A stretch of 64,000 nt of DNA from Lama glama (GCA_028534125.1 CM052816.1:77564001-77628000), one strand, 5' to 3'; shown: positions 11,771 through 25,668, counted from the stretch's first letter. Notes: a model not told the origin generated them from the sequence alone. A program made the numbers and translations.

Positions 11771-12714
11771 TGGAGATGACAGGTGGAGAGCAGGCACAGC
11801 AGTAGACCAAGAATCATGAGATCAGGGTGTTTAATACTGGGCTCTGCCTATAGAGTGTCTTGGCAAAAATGAAGGGGCTTGATGAAGTCATTGGTAAGTT
11901 CCAGGGTTTACTTTCCCTTTATTATCTAATAAAACAGCACTATCTAATCCAAGCCATTTTTGTTCCAAATATGCCTTTTGAGACACCTGTACAAACTGTT
12001 CACTGCAAATTTTGCAAGCCTGAGTTTCAGCCTTCTTGCTGACATTCTCAACTTGAGCCCATACCACCTCACCCCTGGCCCCAGGACTCCCTTCCATCTT
12101 CTGCAGATGGCCTTCGGCAACTGGGAAGCTGGCTTGGTTTCTTCAGAGACTCTGTTTCTTCTCTGCAAGGATTATCTTTGATTATATTGTTCTGTTTTAC
12201 TTTTGAGTGCCTCCAAAGGCCCTGGGTCCTCAGGCCATTGAGATAAGACCTTACTTCTTGAAATTTGCTTGTTACAAATCTAGGGCACACATTAGACCAG
12301 ACTTACTCCCTTCCCTCTCCAGTCAAATCACATCCCCCATGGTTCTCTCTTCTTCCGGTTTGACAACCAGTTTACTGCACTTGTAAATCTGATTAAAGAC
12401 AAATGGAATACTTGTCTTTCACTCTCTTCTTGCTCTGTGGGAGGAGGGGAACTAAAGAGGGCAAAGAGGCTTTGAATGTTTCATTATAAAAAAATCTGTT
12501 CAGATTCCCTTGAGGTCTGAACTCAATTAGTAAAGGTCACCATTAGAAGAGTGACCTGCCTGCTTTGCTCAGTATCATGGAAGAGTATGACCTGTGCTCC
12601 ACGGAAGGGATCTGGAGGCTGTTAAAGTAAAGGCAAACTTACCAATTTTAGAATGTTTAGGGAGTCCCTAAATGAGGGTGAGAAAAAGACAGCTTCAAAT
12701 AAGCAGCTTTGGAT

Positions 12715-13495
12715 TTAATTAATTTTTGAATAGATTTGAATGTACATACAAAATTTGAAATGTACATCAAGCAGGATGTAGAGTGAAAAATGTTTCCTTT
12801 TACCCCTTCCTGTCTCAGAAGTAACCACTATTACCAGTTTCTTGTGTATCCTTCTAGAGGTAATCTATGACCATACGAGCCAAGATATATACACATATGC
12901 TTAACACAAACAAGGACCATCTTGTACACGCTTTTTAACCTGAAAATCCTTCCAAATCATCAGGTACAGATCCGCCTCCCTCTTACTAACTGCTGAATAA
13001 TATTCCATTGTAGGATGTACAACAATCTATTTGTTCTTTCTTCTGCTGTTTCCAATTTTATTATTATAGGAAATATTGTAGTGAATGACCTTGAATGGAT
13101 AACAGTTTGCACATGTTACAATACTGTAAGGTACATTTCTAGACCAGCCATTGCTCAGCCAAAGGGTAAATAGCTTTTCATTTTGATACATTTGGCCACA
13201 TTTCCTCCCAAGGAGATTGTACAATGCTTGTGTGCAGTCTTCCCACAAGTCATACATGAGCCTTTTTCCACAAACTCTCACCAACAGTCTTATCAAAGAA
13301 GAACTATATCTTATATACATACAGATGACATGTTTCCATAGATGTACAACATATAGAGAGAAGTACACAGTTAAGAAGTGTGCCAATGGATGAGTTATAG
13401 CAGAGTGAGCACACTTGTGTAACTACTGCCCAGTTCAAGAACTGCAACCTGACTAGAACCCCCAGGAATGCCCTCCTCGTGCTTCCTCCCTAGAT
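12715..13495 (-). mobile_element. Old L1 (L1ME/L1MC/L1MD-type) fragments
   Basis: GTAACCACTATTACCAGTTTCTTGTGTATCCTT; AATATTCCATTGTAGGATGTAC; CTCTCACCAACAG. Confidence 0.7.
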
Positions 13496-14069
13496 GTATA
13501 TATTTTTGAAGACGAATGAGAAGAGTTCAAACCTCCCATTCACTTTTAATTAAAATACACACATAAAAATAGATCCGCAAAGAATGCAAACACTCCCTAT
13601 CCTCAGTATGAACCGAGCATTAATTGAGACGTGATCCCATCAGGTGAACAGCTCCATGCTGAGACAGAATGACTACAGGAAAGAAAAAACAGTGTCTTCT
13701 GCCCTCAAGAAGCCCGCACTTTTGTTGAGAGAAAACAGCTGCACAGTCAACTGTTCCACAAAGCAGAACAAAGGAAGCAATATGCAAGAGTGCAAGCAAC
13801 CTGCTGTCGGTGTGTTGGGAGAGGAAGACATTGTATCAGACACGATAAGCTAGGTAATCATATACTATAAAATACAGCTGTCAGCACCACGGGGGTTTAA
13901 ATCGTGCTTGTGCACACAATAGGATTCACCAGGGACAGAATTGGAATTACCAGGGTATATCACTTGATATTCCCAAATCTGTCCTTTCTGCATACATTTC
14001 TAGCAGCATCACTTAAAAAGGACGGGGGAATTATAGTTACGTTGGGCAACCTGATGATTCTTCAGCCTT

Positions 14070-14310
14070 ATATTTTAATGTAAAGTTTTTAGTGAAGCAC
14101 AAAAACGCACAAAACCTAAGTGTGTAATTCAGTGGATTGTCACAAAGTGAATATATCCCTGAGGCAAGCCCGCAGGTCATGAAATAGAACAATCTCAGAT
14201 CCTAAAAGCCTTCTTTATTGCTCCTACCAGTGATAATCCACCCCACAAACTAACTGGGAAAAGTGTTTTCTGATATTCAATGTCTGGATTAATTTTGCCT
14301 GGTTTGGGGT
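14070..14310 (-). mobile_element. Old L1 (L1MC/MD-type) 3' fragment
   Basis: CACAAAGTGAA...GGTCATGAAATAGAACA...GATTAATTTTGCCTG. Confidence 0.6.
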
Positions 14311-14609
14311 GAAAAGTATGACTTGTTCGTGACTTATATCCTTTCTGTTCCAAAGAGCACTGAAGAGAGATGGAAGAGAGCTGTTTTAAGAACTTTTATG
14401 CAAGTGATCTCCCTTAAAATGGATGTATTCTACCCTGAGAGGAAGGAGGAGCTCACTGATACTCTGCCTGTAAGGACTAATTTTATTAGCTAATTTAGCT
14501 GTTACCTAGGACATCCGCTCCCAGATCTAAAACGGATAGAATATACAAGTTTGATAGCTGACTTGGGAAGGGAGAATTGGTGGTGGGTGAGGTTCAGAAT
14601 GTGGGCTAT

Positions 14610-14915
14610 GGCTTGTTTGTAACAGCAAAACCCTGGAAGCAATAAACACGTCCAGAAACCGGTAAAATACATTACGGAATATAATGGAGCACTATAGCTA
14701 TCTCAAAAATAATCAGAGCTGGATATGCTAAAAAGGAACAAAGTAGACAGAGCAAGATGCAGAACAGAGTGCAGGTGTTAACTGAGGGTGGGAAGGGGAC
14801 TTGGGGTCTGGGGTGAATGGGAGGAAATTAGCATTATTATTGTTTTTACTGCTTATATTTTTAATCATAGGAAAATTATCTGGTTTAAAAAGAAAGTATG
14901 AATACATTTTAAAAG
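14610..14915 (+). mobile_element. Old L1ME-type fragment
   Basis: TTGTTTGTAACAGCAAAACCCTGGAAGCAA...AATGGAGCACTAT. Confidence 0.55.
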
Positions 14916-15714
14916 AATATAGGGCAGCCTAGGTGGAGTACCCGGTGAGACGGGAGGAATGGTAGGGACTAAGAAACCAAAAGAAGAGATATAGGTCCCA
15001 AACGTCAGAAGGAAAGAAGGAGAAGTTTGAGACAGGCAGTCCCAAAGGGGAGAGGGCCATGAAAGGAGGCCCTTACAAATCATGTGATTCTGTCTGGTGC
15101 TGCCAGATTTAATGTGCAAGAAAGAGCAAGAGGCACCTTCTTCCTGGAAATGCAGGGAGACCCTGTAGCACGTTCAAGGTGTCAGGGATGTCCAGGGCCA
15201 GGTGGTTGCCAGCGACCTGTGAACCACACACAACCAACACAACAGAATGCAGGAGCCCCACAGTGGCCATGGGCAACTGCTCAGCATAGTAACAGGCATC
15301 TATTTTGAGAGCCAGCATGCAACTTCAAAATGCAGGGCTTGTTTGTGAAATGACACAATCCCAACAAAATCTTGGTGGATGAGAGGTCAGGAGACCTGCC
15401 CTCTGGCTCTAGCCCTGTCTTCAACAGTCAGTGGGACTTTAGTGATTCAATCGATGTCTTTACACTTTATTTTTCTCCTCTGTCAAATGAGGATGTTTGG
15501 ATGAGATGATGTCTCAGCTTGTCCTAGGGCTCACAATCCCAGCTTCCACAAAAGAACCTCTTTACTGGCCCCAGCACAGACAGATCTCACTACTTAAAAA
15601 CAACAAGAACTCTTGTAAGAAGTTTATTTTCAAAAAAAAAAAAACTTTGAAGTTGGAAAGCAACCATCTCTTGCCAAAGGAAAAAAAAGACAACAAAATA
15701 AAATGCAACATTTG

Positions 15715-15716
<2 letters not shown>

Positions 15717-15753
<37 letters not shown>
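15717..15753 (+). repeat. (AC)18 perfect microsatellite
   Basis: Read directly from the sequence. Confidence 0.98.
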
Positions 15754-15755
<2 letters not shown>

Positions 15756-18700
15756 TGGCAGGATAAAAGCCTCTGAGAGGGCTGTAGGATGCAGACTCAC
15801 AGTTTCCAAACAGGCCATATCCAGTCCGTCCAGACGGAGGAAATGGGGAGGTGTGAGAAGGGAGGGGCAGAGGAGACCAGGGTGGGGAGGTGGGCGTAGG
15901 AGGCAGAGGAATTCTGGCTCAGTTTCTGGGTTATTTAGTGACAGTGCAAATAAATGCAGGTTTTCTGATGCCAAGAGAAAACCTGCGGAAAGAAGCAAAT
16001 GGCGAGTTTTTCCATCTGAGTTTGATTATATTCATGTTTGGGTGTTTCTTAAGGGAGGAAATGAGGAGGAGGGGACTGGAAGATTTGAAGGTACAGTCTG
16101 GTGGGAGGTGTTAAGGAGGGGAAAAATAGCTGAGTAAGGGGAGACCTGGTCTATATCCAGCCTCCAGGGCAGGAGAGGTGTGAGAGGAAGAGGGTTAAGC
16201 AGGAGAAGAAGCTGTGGGGCATACCAGGATGGCAGTGCCAGTGGGGGACAGAGGATTGGGACAGCTTCAGCCAAAACAGTAAGAGGGCATGGCTTAGATC
16301 CCAAGATCCAGGTTTTTAAGCTAGTTGTCAGTAATAAAGATCAATGGTGAAGGATGAGGGAGGAATTAGCCTTGGCTTCCTCCCCTCTATAATGGGATGT
16401 ATCACCTCCTTTGAAGGCAGTGCCCGTCAGATGAGATAACCCAGTGCATCGTGCGTGCCATTCCCTTGATATTCACTGAATGTTGCCTTTATTTCATTCC
16501 ATCACTGTCAGTGTTTATCACATAAGTCCTCTCCAGAGTTAAATTCCAGAAGCACTAGTGGATTATTGCTAGGACGACAAAAAAGACTTGAAGACAAAGA
16601 TAAAGTTTTGATCCAGACACTTTCAGTGTGAACTGGAAATAACGGAAAATCAAGGTTTGTATCTTGGGACAATGAAAGATATCTCTCAAAAGATAATGAT
16701 ATACTAGAAAGGGATTCTCCCAGGGAGGAATAATGGCTGAGCCACCAAAATAAATAGAGATACTCCCACGGTACACCTACCACTGGTAGGATGCCAATAG
16801 TCTGCACTGCTCTGGGGAAAATCTAGCCCCATTCATATTTTCCTTCAGATTTAGTGCCTCTTAACTGATTCAGTCTGTGTGCTTTCCATGTTCCCTGTTT
16901 TCTTCTTTGCTTATTACTTTTTATAAGTCTCTGAATGAATCACATGGCTTCCCTGACATCAGTTTCCTGGGTCAAACTGGATAGAACACAAGATCTTTCT
17001 TGTATCCATGTTTGGGCATGGTGGCCCCAGGCACATCCTCCTCAATTAGATCCAGACCCCAACGGCTTATCCTGTGAAATGCTACCATGCCTCTGCTGTC
17101 CGAGCTGAAGGAGTAGACCAAAGTGGTTGCTGAGTCCAGATGATGAAAAAACCCAAGAAACAGACAGAGAATGTGGCGATGTTGACTTGCATGAAGAAGG
17201 CAGTCCCGGAAGTCTTTGTGTGGTGAACAGAGAGGGATGGCTTTAATTGCTCTATTATAATCATGGGTTTAATTGAAACAAAATGCCAATAGTAACACAC
17301 GGTTCAAGCTATTTGCTTTCACTGGGGTGAAGGGCAGACTGTAGCTATGAATTTTATTTTGAATATGTAAGAAAGCGTCCCTGTAGACCCCCACCCAGGC
17401 AGGTGCACACCTGGGCTTTCTCGAACAGTAGAGAGCTATATGGAAGGAAATCAGGACAAAGCAGAAACCCAGAAGTTAAGGAAACAAATTGGTAGTGGAG
17501 GAAGGGACAGAAGTGGAAGACACAGAGACCAGGAAGAACATCCTCACCTATGTTCCAAAAAGTCCACAGAATTAGCTCTCAAGTTTGATAGCACAGTTTC
17601 AAAGTTTAGCATTTTAACAAGTCAAGTAGATAAACAAAACTGCTAGTTCATATAGGTGACTCTTTACAGGTGTGCCCTTCTTTAAGAAATCTGAATATAT
17701 GTAAAAGATTCATTTGGGGATGTTTGGGATTTTTTTTTTCACAATTTTTAAAAAAATTTAGAAAGTAGTCACTACTGTGAGACTTCCCCAGATGTTTTAA
17801 TTGAGAGTAGCATAGACAGTTAAGCTAAAGGGTTAGCTTCAATGTCAATTTATATGTATTCAAATATAAGAGCATTATTGGAATGAAAATGTAAGCCGGT
17901 AAAAAAGAGTATATGCACCAACATTAAGATTTCATTTAAAAAATTTTAAATACAAATATTGTATTAATAGAAGAGAAGAATTATACTTAGAAAAAAAATC
18001 TCCTTCTTACAACGTTCTCCATCATCCTCTCTCACATCTTCTCAGGAAAACAAACCACATGTTCCTTAATGGAGAACAGAAATGCTCTAAAACTCTCTGT
18101 ATCTTTCAGGCACCCAAAACACAATCTACAATACTTCCTTAGTCTACAGAGTAAACTTTAATATCTTTTAAGATAGCTTATTAGGATGTTTAAAGAACTG
18201 AGAATCAGATTTTTAAATCCCTAATGCATCTATAAACCTGTTTAATGTGTCAGATTCATGACTAAACAACTCTTGAATTACATTTATCCAGATTTGAAGG
18301 TTAGGCAAGCAGGGTTGGGAGGGAGAAGAGGATGTGCTGGCATTTTATCCTCAGACATCCAAATTCATTAGATTGTTATTTAGCTTTCAAGACAAATTTG
18401 TATAAAGGAAAGGTTGTAAGCTGTACAGTTTCTAAATTTTATTTTAATATGTGAATGATACTCAGTAGAATCTAGACTGTTAGAGCTTTCAAATTTATTA
18501 TTTAGAGTTTACTTTGTGTTATATGTTTATTAATAGTAAATTAATATGACTATGGGTAGTAATTTGAATTTCCTTTTAAAATAACACTCTCTCCCTCCTC
18601 TCCGAATTTTTGGCTTGATCATGTCTGTTCAGAATTACCGTTAGCATGATTTATACATTTTCAAGCAACAATTAGCCTAATGCAGCACTATCAAAATAAA

Positions 18701-19428
18701 ACTAGATAGTTTAAAAGCTAATAAATGTCAACACAGTCATTCTCCCCTAAATCTTGCCAAAAAATATAGATTTCAGTATTTCCTAAAAATAGTCATGTCA
18801 CAAACAAAGGGGCTGATTACTCAAGAGGACTACTGAGTGAAGAAAAACAACCAGCCGCTTTTGAGGTCAGCAACGTATGACATTAGCAGAATTTCTCTTA
18901 GACTTAGCAGGCCAAGGATTGGACTGGGGACCGCATGCTCCACCGATGGAGCCCACTACCCTGGCAGCTGCAGAGCTTTTTGCTTCCTTACACTTCCCTT
19001 ACCCCAGAGGACCATGAATCGGGAAGCAAGAGGATGGATGGGATACCTGAAGTGGGCTGGCCAAAGGAGAACTTCCCGTTTGGGGCCTGTCCCAGCCTCT
19101 TAGGGCCCAAGGCAGCCTAGCTGACCAAGAACTGGTCACCACGAGGCATGAAGTCTGCCTCTCCGCATCCTAACTTACATTCTATACTTTCTTCTCCTTC
19201 CCTAAGCCCTGGTTCCTTCATCCCAGAATACTGCTGTGTGAATTGTCAAGCCTACTAGTGTATGATATGAAAGAGTTTGCTATAAATTATTGATGCTGAT
19301 AAACTAAACCTATTTCCAGGCAAAGTGTAAATGAGAGACAACAATTTTGCTTTTCTGAGGGAATATTTGCATTTTCACAGAAAATCAAAGCAAGAAATGA
19401 AGTACATGGCCTAATGGATAGCTCTTGA

Positions 19429-19878
19429 TCAGTGGTTCATACTCGGTTACACATTAGGATGTGGTGGGGATCTTCATAAAACACCAATGCCGGACGCCCA
19501 GGTTTTAGTAGGCAGGGGTGAGGCCTCAGCACTATTTTTAAAAGCTCCCCAAGTGGTTTTAATGTGCAGCCAAACTGGGGAGTCATTGATCTAGAATCAC
19601 TGATCTGTGTCCTGAAGCCCAAAGGTGAAGACTTGTGAGCACTGGGGGGCAGTCAGAGGGAAGACATGGCAGATAGGATTTCTCCATCACACAGGGGTGC
19701 TGGTCTGGACCTGCACTTCTCACACATTGCTGTGCACAGTCATCTCTTGGGATCTTGTTAGACTGAAGATTCTGATTCAATAGGTCTGAGTGGCTCCTGA
19801 GAGCCTGCATTTCAAACTAGTTCCCACGTGGTGCCTGTGCTGCTGACCTAAAGGCCACACGTGAGGGGCAAGGGACTA
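19429..19878. mobile_element. Two MER5-type hAT-Charlie MITEs (~19429-19588 and ~19710-19878)
   Basis: CAGTGGTTC...AAGCTCCCCAAGTGGTTTTAATGTGCAGCCA; GATTCTGATTCAATAGGTCTG...CTGCATTTC. Confidence 0.75.
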
Positions 19879-20420
19879 AATGACCTCAAAGATTCCTCCT
19901 CAACCTAACAGTCTATGATTCTCTGAACTGAGAGCATCAAGGCTTGCAGAGATATTCTTCCAGAGAGAGGCTGAAGGCTTGAACTCACAGGGTCCAATTT
20001 CCTTAGCCCTGCCATGATGATGAACAAATTTGCCAATGAGCATAATTCCTTTGACATTCAGTTAGAGAGGCCAGGTTGATACAGACTCAGAGGAGAAGCA
20101 AATGTGCTAAGGAAACAGTTCAGAGCTCAAAAGGGAGTTCAGATCAAGAACCCAGGAGCCTACTCAAATGCTCCCCTGAGAAGACCTGGTATAAACTTGG
20201 AAACCCAGGCATAAGAGTAAGCTACTAAAAATTGGGACAAGAAATGGATATATGATATTTAAGCATATCAAATGATTTGAATTTATGTTTTGTATTTTAA
20301 AAATTGTGAAACTATATTTGAACAAAAAAACAAAGATAAATACAGTAAATGCATATAACAAAAAATCGTATTAGCTTTAAGTCATCTAAACATTACTGTA
20401 GGATGATCTATTCTAAAGTA

Positions 20421-20541
20421 TTTTTTTTTTTTGTATTAAGGAAATTAGTTTCTCTTTTTTTTAAATGGAGGAACTGGGGACTGAACCCAGGACCTGATGC
20501 ATGCTAAGCATGCGCTCTACCGCTGAGCTATACCCCACCCC
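20421..20541 (-). mobile_element. Vic-1-type camelid tRNA-Ala-derived SINE
   Basis: Reverse complement GGGGTGGGGTATAGCTCAGCGGTAGAGCGCATGCTTAGCATGC...GGTTCAGTCCCC...CCTCCA plus A-tail; TSD CTATTCTAAAG(T/C)A at 20408-20420 and 20542-20554. Confidence 0.92.
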
Positions 20542-20884
20542 CTATTCTAAAGCAAACTTTAAAAATCTTTAAGGAATTCAATAAAATATGTTTTCCATTT
20601 AACATTCTTCCTTATCAAATAGTCTATCTAGAGACAGTGCTAGCTTTTTGGCTGGTGGTTTTCTGAAGAGATTCTTATCTGTGCTGAGACTACAGTTGGG
20701 TACCATTGTAGGATGAAGATGAGGACGTAAATTGCAACTGAAATAGAAACAAAATCTAGATTCAGAAAGAGTAGCCTGGCAAAATTTTTGAAGTCAGCAA
20801 TTTTACAAAACACCAAAAGCCCAACTCCACAATGAATGTAGCGGCTCTTGAGTTTTCTAGGATTCCTTAAGAAAGTGGCCTAAA

Positions 20885-21375
20885 GCAGTAGTTTGGTGTC
20901 TGGAGACTCGGGTGGGGTCTGTAAGGTTAAAACTATTCCTATAGTAATATTAAGATACAAGTAAAATTTGCTTTTTTTGACTTGCATTTTCTCATGAGGA
21001 TACGGTGGGGGTTTTCAGAGGCTGCATATTACGTCATATCATCACAGACTGACTACAGAAGCAGGTGTGAGCGAGCAGCCATCTTTTACTAAGCTGGACA
21101 TTAAAGAGATTTGCAGAAATGTGAAGCAAGGACATTCTCCTCACTAATTTCTTATTTTGAAAAATATAGGTATTTTTCATTAAAACGTGTTATTTATATT
21201 AACATGTAATGGGCTTACTTAAACATTTTAAAAATATTTTTTCAGTTGTTCAGTTTTAATTTTTATTACAGTAAATATTGACTGATAGAACCCATGTAAG
21301 GGTTCTTGGTGTCCTCAATAATATTTAATAGTGTAAAAGTGTTCTGAGACAAAACAGTAAGAATAATAAACACTA
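20885..21375. mobile_element. hAT-Charlie DNA transposon (Charlie4a/MER119-like)
   Basis: GACATTAAAGAGATTTGCAGAAATGTG; TTAACATGTAATGGG; GTCCTCAATAAT...GTGTAAAAG...TGAGAC. Confidence 0.75.
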
Positions 21376-21382
21376 GCCTAGG

Positions 21383-21522
21383 GCCTTGTTTCTCTCAAAG
21401 TGTGGGCAGCATTGGCTGGGAGCCTGTTGGAAATGCAGATTCTTGGTGCCACTTCAGACCTATCTGCATGTTCTTCAAGAACCTGGTGACTCATGGGCAC
21501 AAGTAGTTGAGAAGCGCTGAAC
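21383..21522. mobile_element. MER5-type MITE
   Basis: CTCAAAGTGTGG...GAAATGCAGATTCT...TTGAGAAGCGCTG. Confidence 0.7.
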
Positions 21523-21599
21523 TATAGCTTTCAGTTTTTCAGTTGGCCCTAATCTCCATACAGCACAATGACTATAAATGTGGACTCTTTGACTTTCAT

Positions 21600-21800
21600 C
21601 TTAACCTCTCTCGAGCAAGGTGAAGTTAGGCAAATCACGTAGCCTCTTTGTGCCTCAGTTTCCTCATCTGTAAAGTGGGGAAAATAATAATGCCCAGCCC
21701 AGAGAGTTTTTACGGAGATAAGTGAATATATGTAAAAGGTGAACAGTGCCTTGTCTGTAAAAAGCACTCAGTAAATACTGAGTACTCAGTGAATACTCAT
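21600..21800 (+). mobile_element. MIR SINE
   Basis: TGTGCCTCAGTTTCCTCATCTGTAAAGTGGG. Confidence 0.85.
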
Positions 21801-22109
21801 TAAGTTCTGGTTTCTAGTCCTACTTCAGGGAGGGTACAGATCAGTGGGAAAACAAGGATCCCAGCAACTTCCATACAGTAAAGCTGCCAAATGGATTCTC
21901 TGTACATTCAAAAGGCAGAGGGAGCCCAGGGTTTATCCAAGGAAGTCAAGGATTTTATTCTGAAACTCCAAGGATGAGGGAAGTTTCCAGACGGACATGC
22001 ATGGAGAAGGTAAGCTCTAAGGCAGTAACAGCAAGTGCAAAGGCAGAGAATCCCGGGAGAGTGTGAGGAGACTGAGGAATTACCATTTCACTCATCACAA
22101 GCCTTGGAG

Positions 22110-22230
22110 TTTCACAGATGAGGAAACTGGGGAGAAAAGTCAAGTCACTGGCCCAAGGTCGCCAAGCTAGTAGGAGGAGTGGGCAGGATTCAGAGAAAGG
22201 CAGGTGGGCTCCCACCTTTTCCAAGACATG
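22110..22230 (-). mobile_element. MIR SINE
   Basis: ACAGATGAGGAAACTGG...GCCCAAGGTC. Confidence 0.75.
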
Positions 22231-23124
22231 AAGCATAAGCAGCCTCCATCCATGATACCAACATTTTTAAATGTGTTGTAATTTGTTTTATAGCTAATAA
22301 GTGACCTATGCTTGCAACTGTTCCAGATTCTCTATTTGTGGGTGCTGGGTTCTATAGGCCTCAAAAAAACCAAAATGATTCCAATCCAGATGGGGTGAGA
22401 TCAGGAAGGGTTTATTTGCCAGGCAGAGGAATCCAGAATTCATCCATTGAGCCACGGGGGAGCACTACAGACTTGTAATAGTGGAGTGACATTTTATTTG
22501 CAAGATTATAAAGACTCAGTCGACTGGATGCTAAGGCAAGTTATATTCAGCCAAGTGACATCGTGGTGGACAGATGCTAAGAAGGCAAGAAAAAAACATC
22601 TAAAAGGGCATGACCATGAGCTTGATCCTGCTAAAAGTGCTCCAGCATCCTTCACCTATATCTACAGGTTGGGCACTTTTCTAAAAGAAGAACCGAACTG
22701 AGGAGGGCCCTTGGATAAACTCTATCTGGAGATATGGAATTTAAATTGATCCTTAGGTCATGAGACCTCCGACAGGCATGTGTACATGTTTTAATCAACA
22801 GGAAAACAGAGTCCAAAACCAAGTTGCATCCCAGGAACAATAGCCAAAATGGGCTCCCCGAGCACATTCTTGCCTTTTTTCCACAAGGAATGAAACTCTA
22901 CTCCCGGAAGTAGAGCCCCAGCGAATACCTGTCCCTGCCGCCTCCACACCCTGAACCTCAGCATCCTTCACCCTGCAGAGCACGTTAAAAGGGGCCTTCC
23001 CAGTCATTAGCAGCTGGCCAGAGGGATGGGACCTCCCTTCTACCTTGGAAAGTGTTTGTTGACCTAGGAAGGAGGCAAATGGACATATTTAGGTAATTAA
23101 AGGAAGGGGGGAAATTCATATTAG

Positions 23125-23335
23125 AGGCAAAAACTGTAGGGACAGAAAAATATCAGCACTTGCCAGGGGCCATGGTGGGGGAGGGGTTGGCCACAGGAGG
23201 CACAATGCATTTTGGGGAGATGATAGAACCACTGTGTAACTTAATTGTGGTTACCCAATTGTATGTGATTGTCAGCTTTTCTAGAACTGCATATTCTATG
23301 TAAATGACACCTCCATAAACCTAACTTTTAAAATT
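23125..23335 (+). mobile_element. L1MC/MD-type 3' end
   Basis: GGCAAAAACTGTAGGGACAGAAAA...TTGCCAGGGG...TATGTAAAT...ATAAACCT. Confidence 0.65.
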
Positions 23336-23451
23336 GCATATTACATCCTTTCTATTTTTAAATCTGTTCTCTCTGTATTTCCTTTACCTTCTTTCAGAGC
23401 AAATATTTCCTGCATGCTTAGTATTTGCCAGGCACAATGCTAAGTGTTTAG

Positions 23452-23536
23452 TATTATATTGAACCGTTTCAACTTGCCATGTTCTTCGGCCAAAAGATGG
23501 TCAAGTATCAGCCATTTCACAGGATTTAATCTAATA
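23452..23536. mobile_element. MADE2-like mariner MITE inserted in a MIR (~23410-23655)
   Basis: Degenerate TIRs TATTATATTGAACC... / ...GGATTTAATCTAATA, about 85 bp, TA-flanked. Confidence 0.65.
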
Positions 23537-24579
23537 TTTACTATAAGTTTTTGAAGTAGATACTATTATTATCGTCATTTGAGATGGAGAATGAGGCTCA
23601 GGATGGTTAAATAATTTTCCCCAAAATACAGTGAAGGAGTGAAGCCAGTTCAAAAAAAAAAGTTATGCTGAACGGACAGAAGTAGTGAAACACAAAAATT
23701 CCCAAAGGAAGAAAAAGACCCACCCACAATACCATCGTCCAAAGTGACAACATTTTGGTGTATTATCATCACGTATTTTTCTAAGCATTCAATAAAGACT
23801 ATTCTGATACATCTCTTGAAGAAGATAGATGCAGACATTGAATAAACATAGGAGAGCTAGAAATGAAGATTTTTGTCTTATTTCAGCTTGCCGGGCATTT
23901 TGATAATTGAAAAACACTTTAATGTTATTTTACACACTAGCGGTTTTAATTTTTGCAATCCATCTTCTCCTCTCCTCACTTTCTACCCCTTAATACTAGT
24001 CAACTTTACTTATTCAAGGTGGCTATTGGTAATTATCACGAGTTTCCAATGCAGCGATAGCACTTAGAAACAGCCTCAGAATACGGGTGTCTGTGTAACT
24101 AGTTACCACATTAATTTATCTCTAGGGCCCCCTTATCTTCTCCCTCCTGTGAGTCGTTGATAACTTGTCGGCTTCAGATGAATTCACTGCGTCAGAAATA
24201 GAGTAAGAGCATTGTACAGTTAATTCCAGCTGCTGGTGAAGCTCAATAGGCCCCCGAGAAGCTTTTGAAAAATCAAGAAGCCTCTTAAAGAGGTCTTTAA
24301 AAGTAGTTTTTTATGTTTGGCCCAACAGAGTAATAATGCTTCTTTAAAGATAGCCAGAGTGTGAGCCAATCAATACACTATTAAGACACTGACAGCACTG
24401 AGATAGGATTACATGGTGAAGATATTGTGAAACCTGTAATTTTTTCATTTTCAGCAAGAAGAATTGAGGGAAGTGGTTTTTTAAAATTTATTTTTATCTG
24501 AACAGCCTCAGGTCATACAATTTTTTTTTTCATTTTGGATCAGAAAGTTCACCCTCAGTCCACATACAAGCAAGAGATC

Positions 24580-24616
24580 AATATATATATATATATATTA
24601 TATATATATATAATAT
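24580..24616. repeat. (TA)n microsatellite
   Basis: Read directly from the sequence. Confidence 0.9.
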
Positions 24617-24829
24617 GACTTGACCCCAAGCCTGGCCAGGCTTCCTAGTTTGATGGAGAAACACAGCTACTTACCTGGTAAAGACTCCTGCCAATTATTG
24701 CTCTTATTCCATTACTGAAGGTAGAGGAGTTTAACCAGATGAACTTCAGGAGTAATTTGACTGCACTTCATCCAATAACTTAAGCTCTGAAACTCTATAA
24801 AGAGAAGTCAGTGGTCTCGGAGAGATTTT

Positions 24830-25170
24830 TAAGGCTGGAAGGATCTGCGGAACTCATTGTGTTCCACCCCTAATTTCACAGATAATAAAACAGAGACCCA
24901 GAGAGGTTAATTGACTTAAGACCACATAGATGGACAACATTGTTATTGGAGTTGAAAACCACCATAAAACCCTGACTCTTCGACTGGACCAATGACCTTC
25001 TGCTCTGGATGTCTTAGCACCACTTCAGGGAGCTTTAAAATTATCCTGATGCCCAAGCTGCACTTCTAACTAATTAAGTTAGACTCTCTGGAGTGGGACC
25101 CAGATATCAGTGTTTTTCAAACTTTCCAGGAGATCCCAGTGTTCCCCCTCCAAGTTCAAAGAACTACTGG
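24830..25170. mobile_element. MIR fragment followed by MER5-type MITE
   Basis: CACAGATAATAAAACAGAGACCCAGAGAGGTTAA; GGAGCTTTAAAA...GATGCCCAAGC...GTGGGACCCAG. Confidence 0.6.
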
Positions 25171-25290
25171 ACAGAGACTCTTACTATGGTGAGTGCTCGC
25201 TTTTTAAAAGTCAGCATTACCAGAAGCATTTGACATACATGATTTTGAACGTACTCCAGATCAGATTTTGCCTTGTCAATCTCAATGACA

Positions 25291-25668
25291 TGTGGAAGTC
25301 ATCAGCACTATTTGACAAATGTTTTCCGTGGTCTTTCAACTTTCCTTGGTAGGATTATACTTCCTGGGCCCATATGAGTGGGTGGGGCACATGACCAGTG
25401 CCAGCCAGTGAGTTGTGAGCAAACGTGACTCTGGAATGGAGCACTTAATTGCTTGTTCAAGCCCTTCTGAAGCTCCTATTCTCTCTGTCACTATGACCAG
25501 CCATGATCCACAGAGCAGCCATTCTGTAATCGTGGGTTCCAGAGCGAAATCAGCACTCACAGAGGGTATGTGCCATGGATGAAAAATAGACCTTGGTTGT
25601 TTTAAGCCACTGAGATTTTGAGGTTGTATGTTACCACAAGATAACCTGTAACCCATCCTGAATAATTC
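25291..25668 (+). mobile_element. MLT1 (I/J-type) LTR
   Basis: GGTAGGATTATACTTCC...TTTTAAGCCACTGAGATTTTGAGGTTGTATGTTACC...CATCCTGA. Confidence 0.8.

Noticed and set aside
13881..13897. REST/RE1-like TCAGCACCACGG
   Set aside because: The right half is GGGGGT rather than GGACAG; a half-site only.
20464..20541. tRNA-Ala(AGC) gene
   Set aside because: Has an A-rich tail, a TSD and a disrupted acceptor stem, so it is a SINE rather than a functional tRNA gene.
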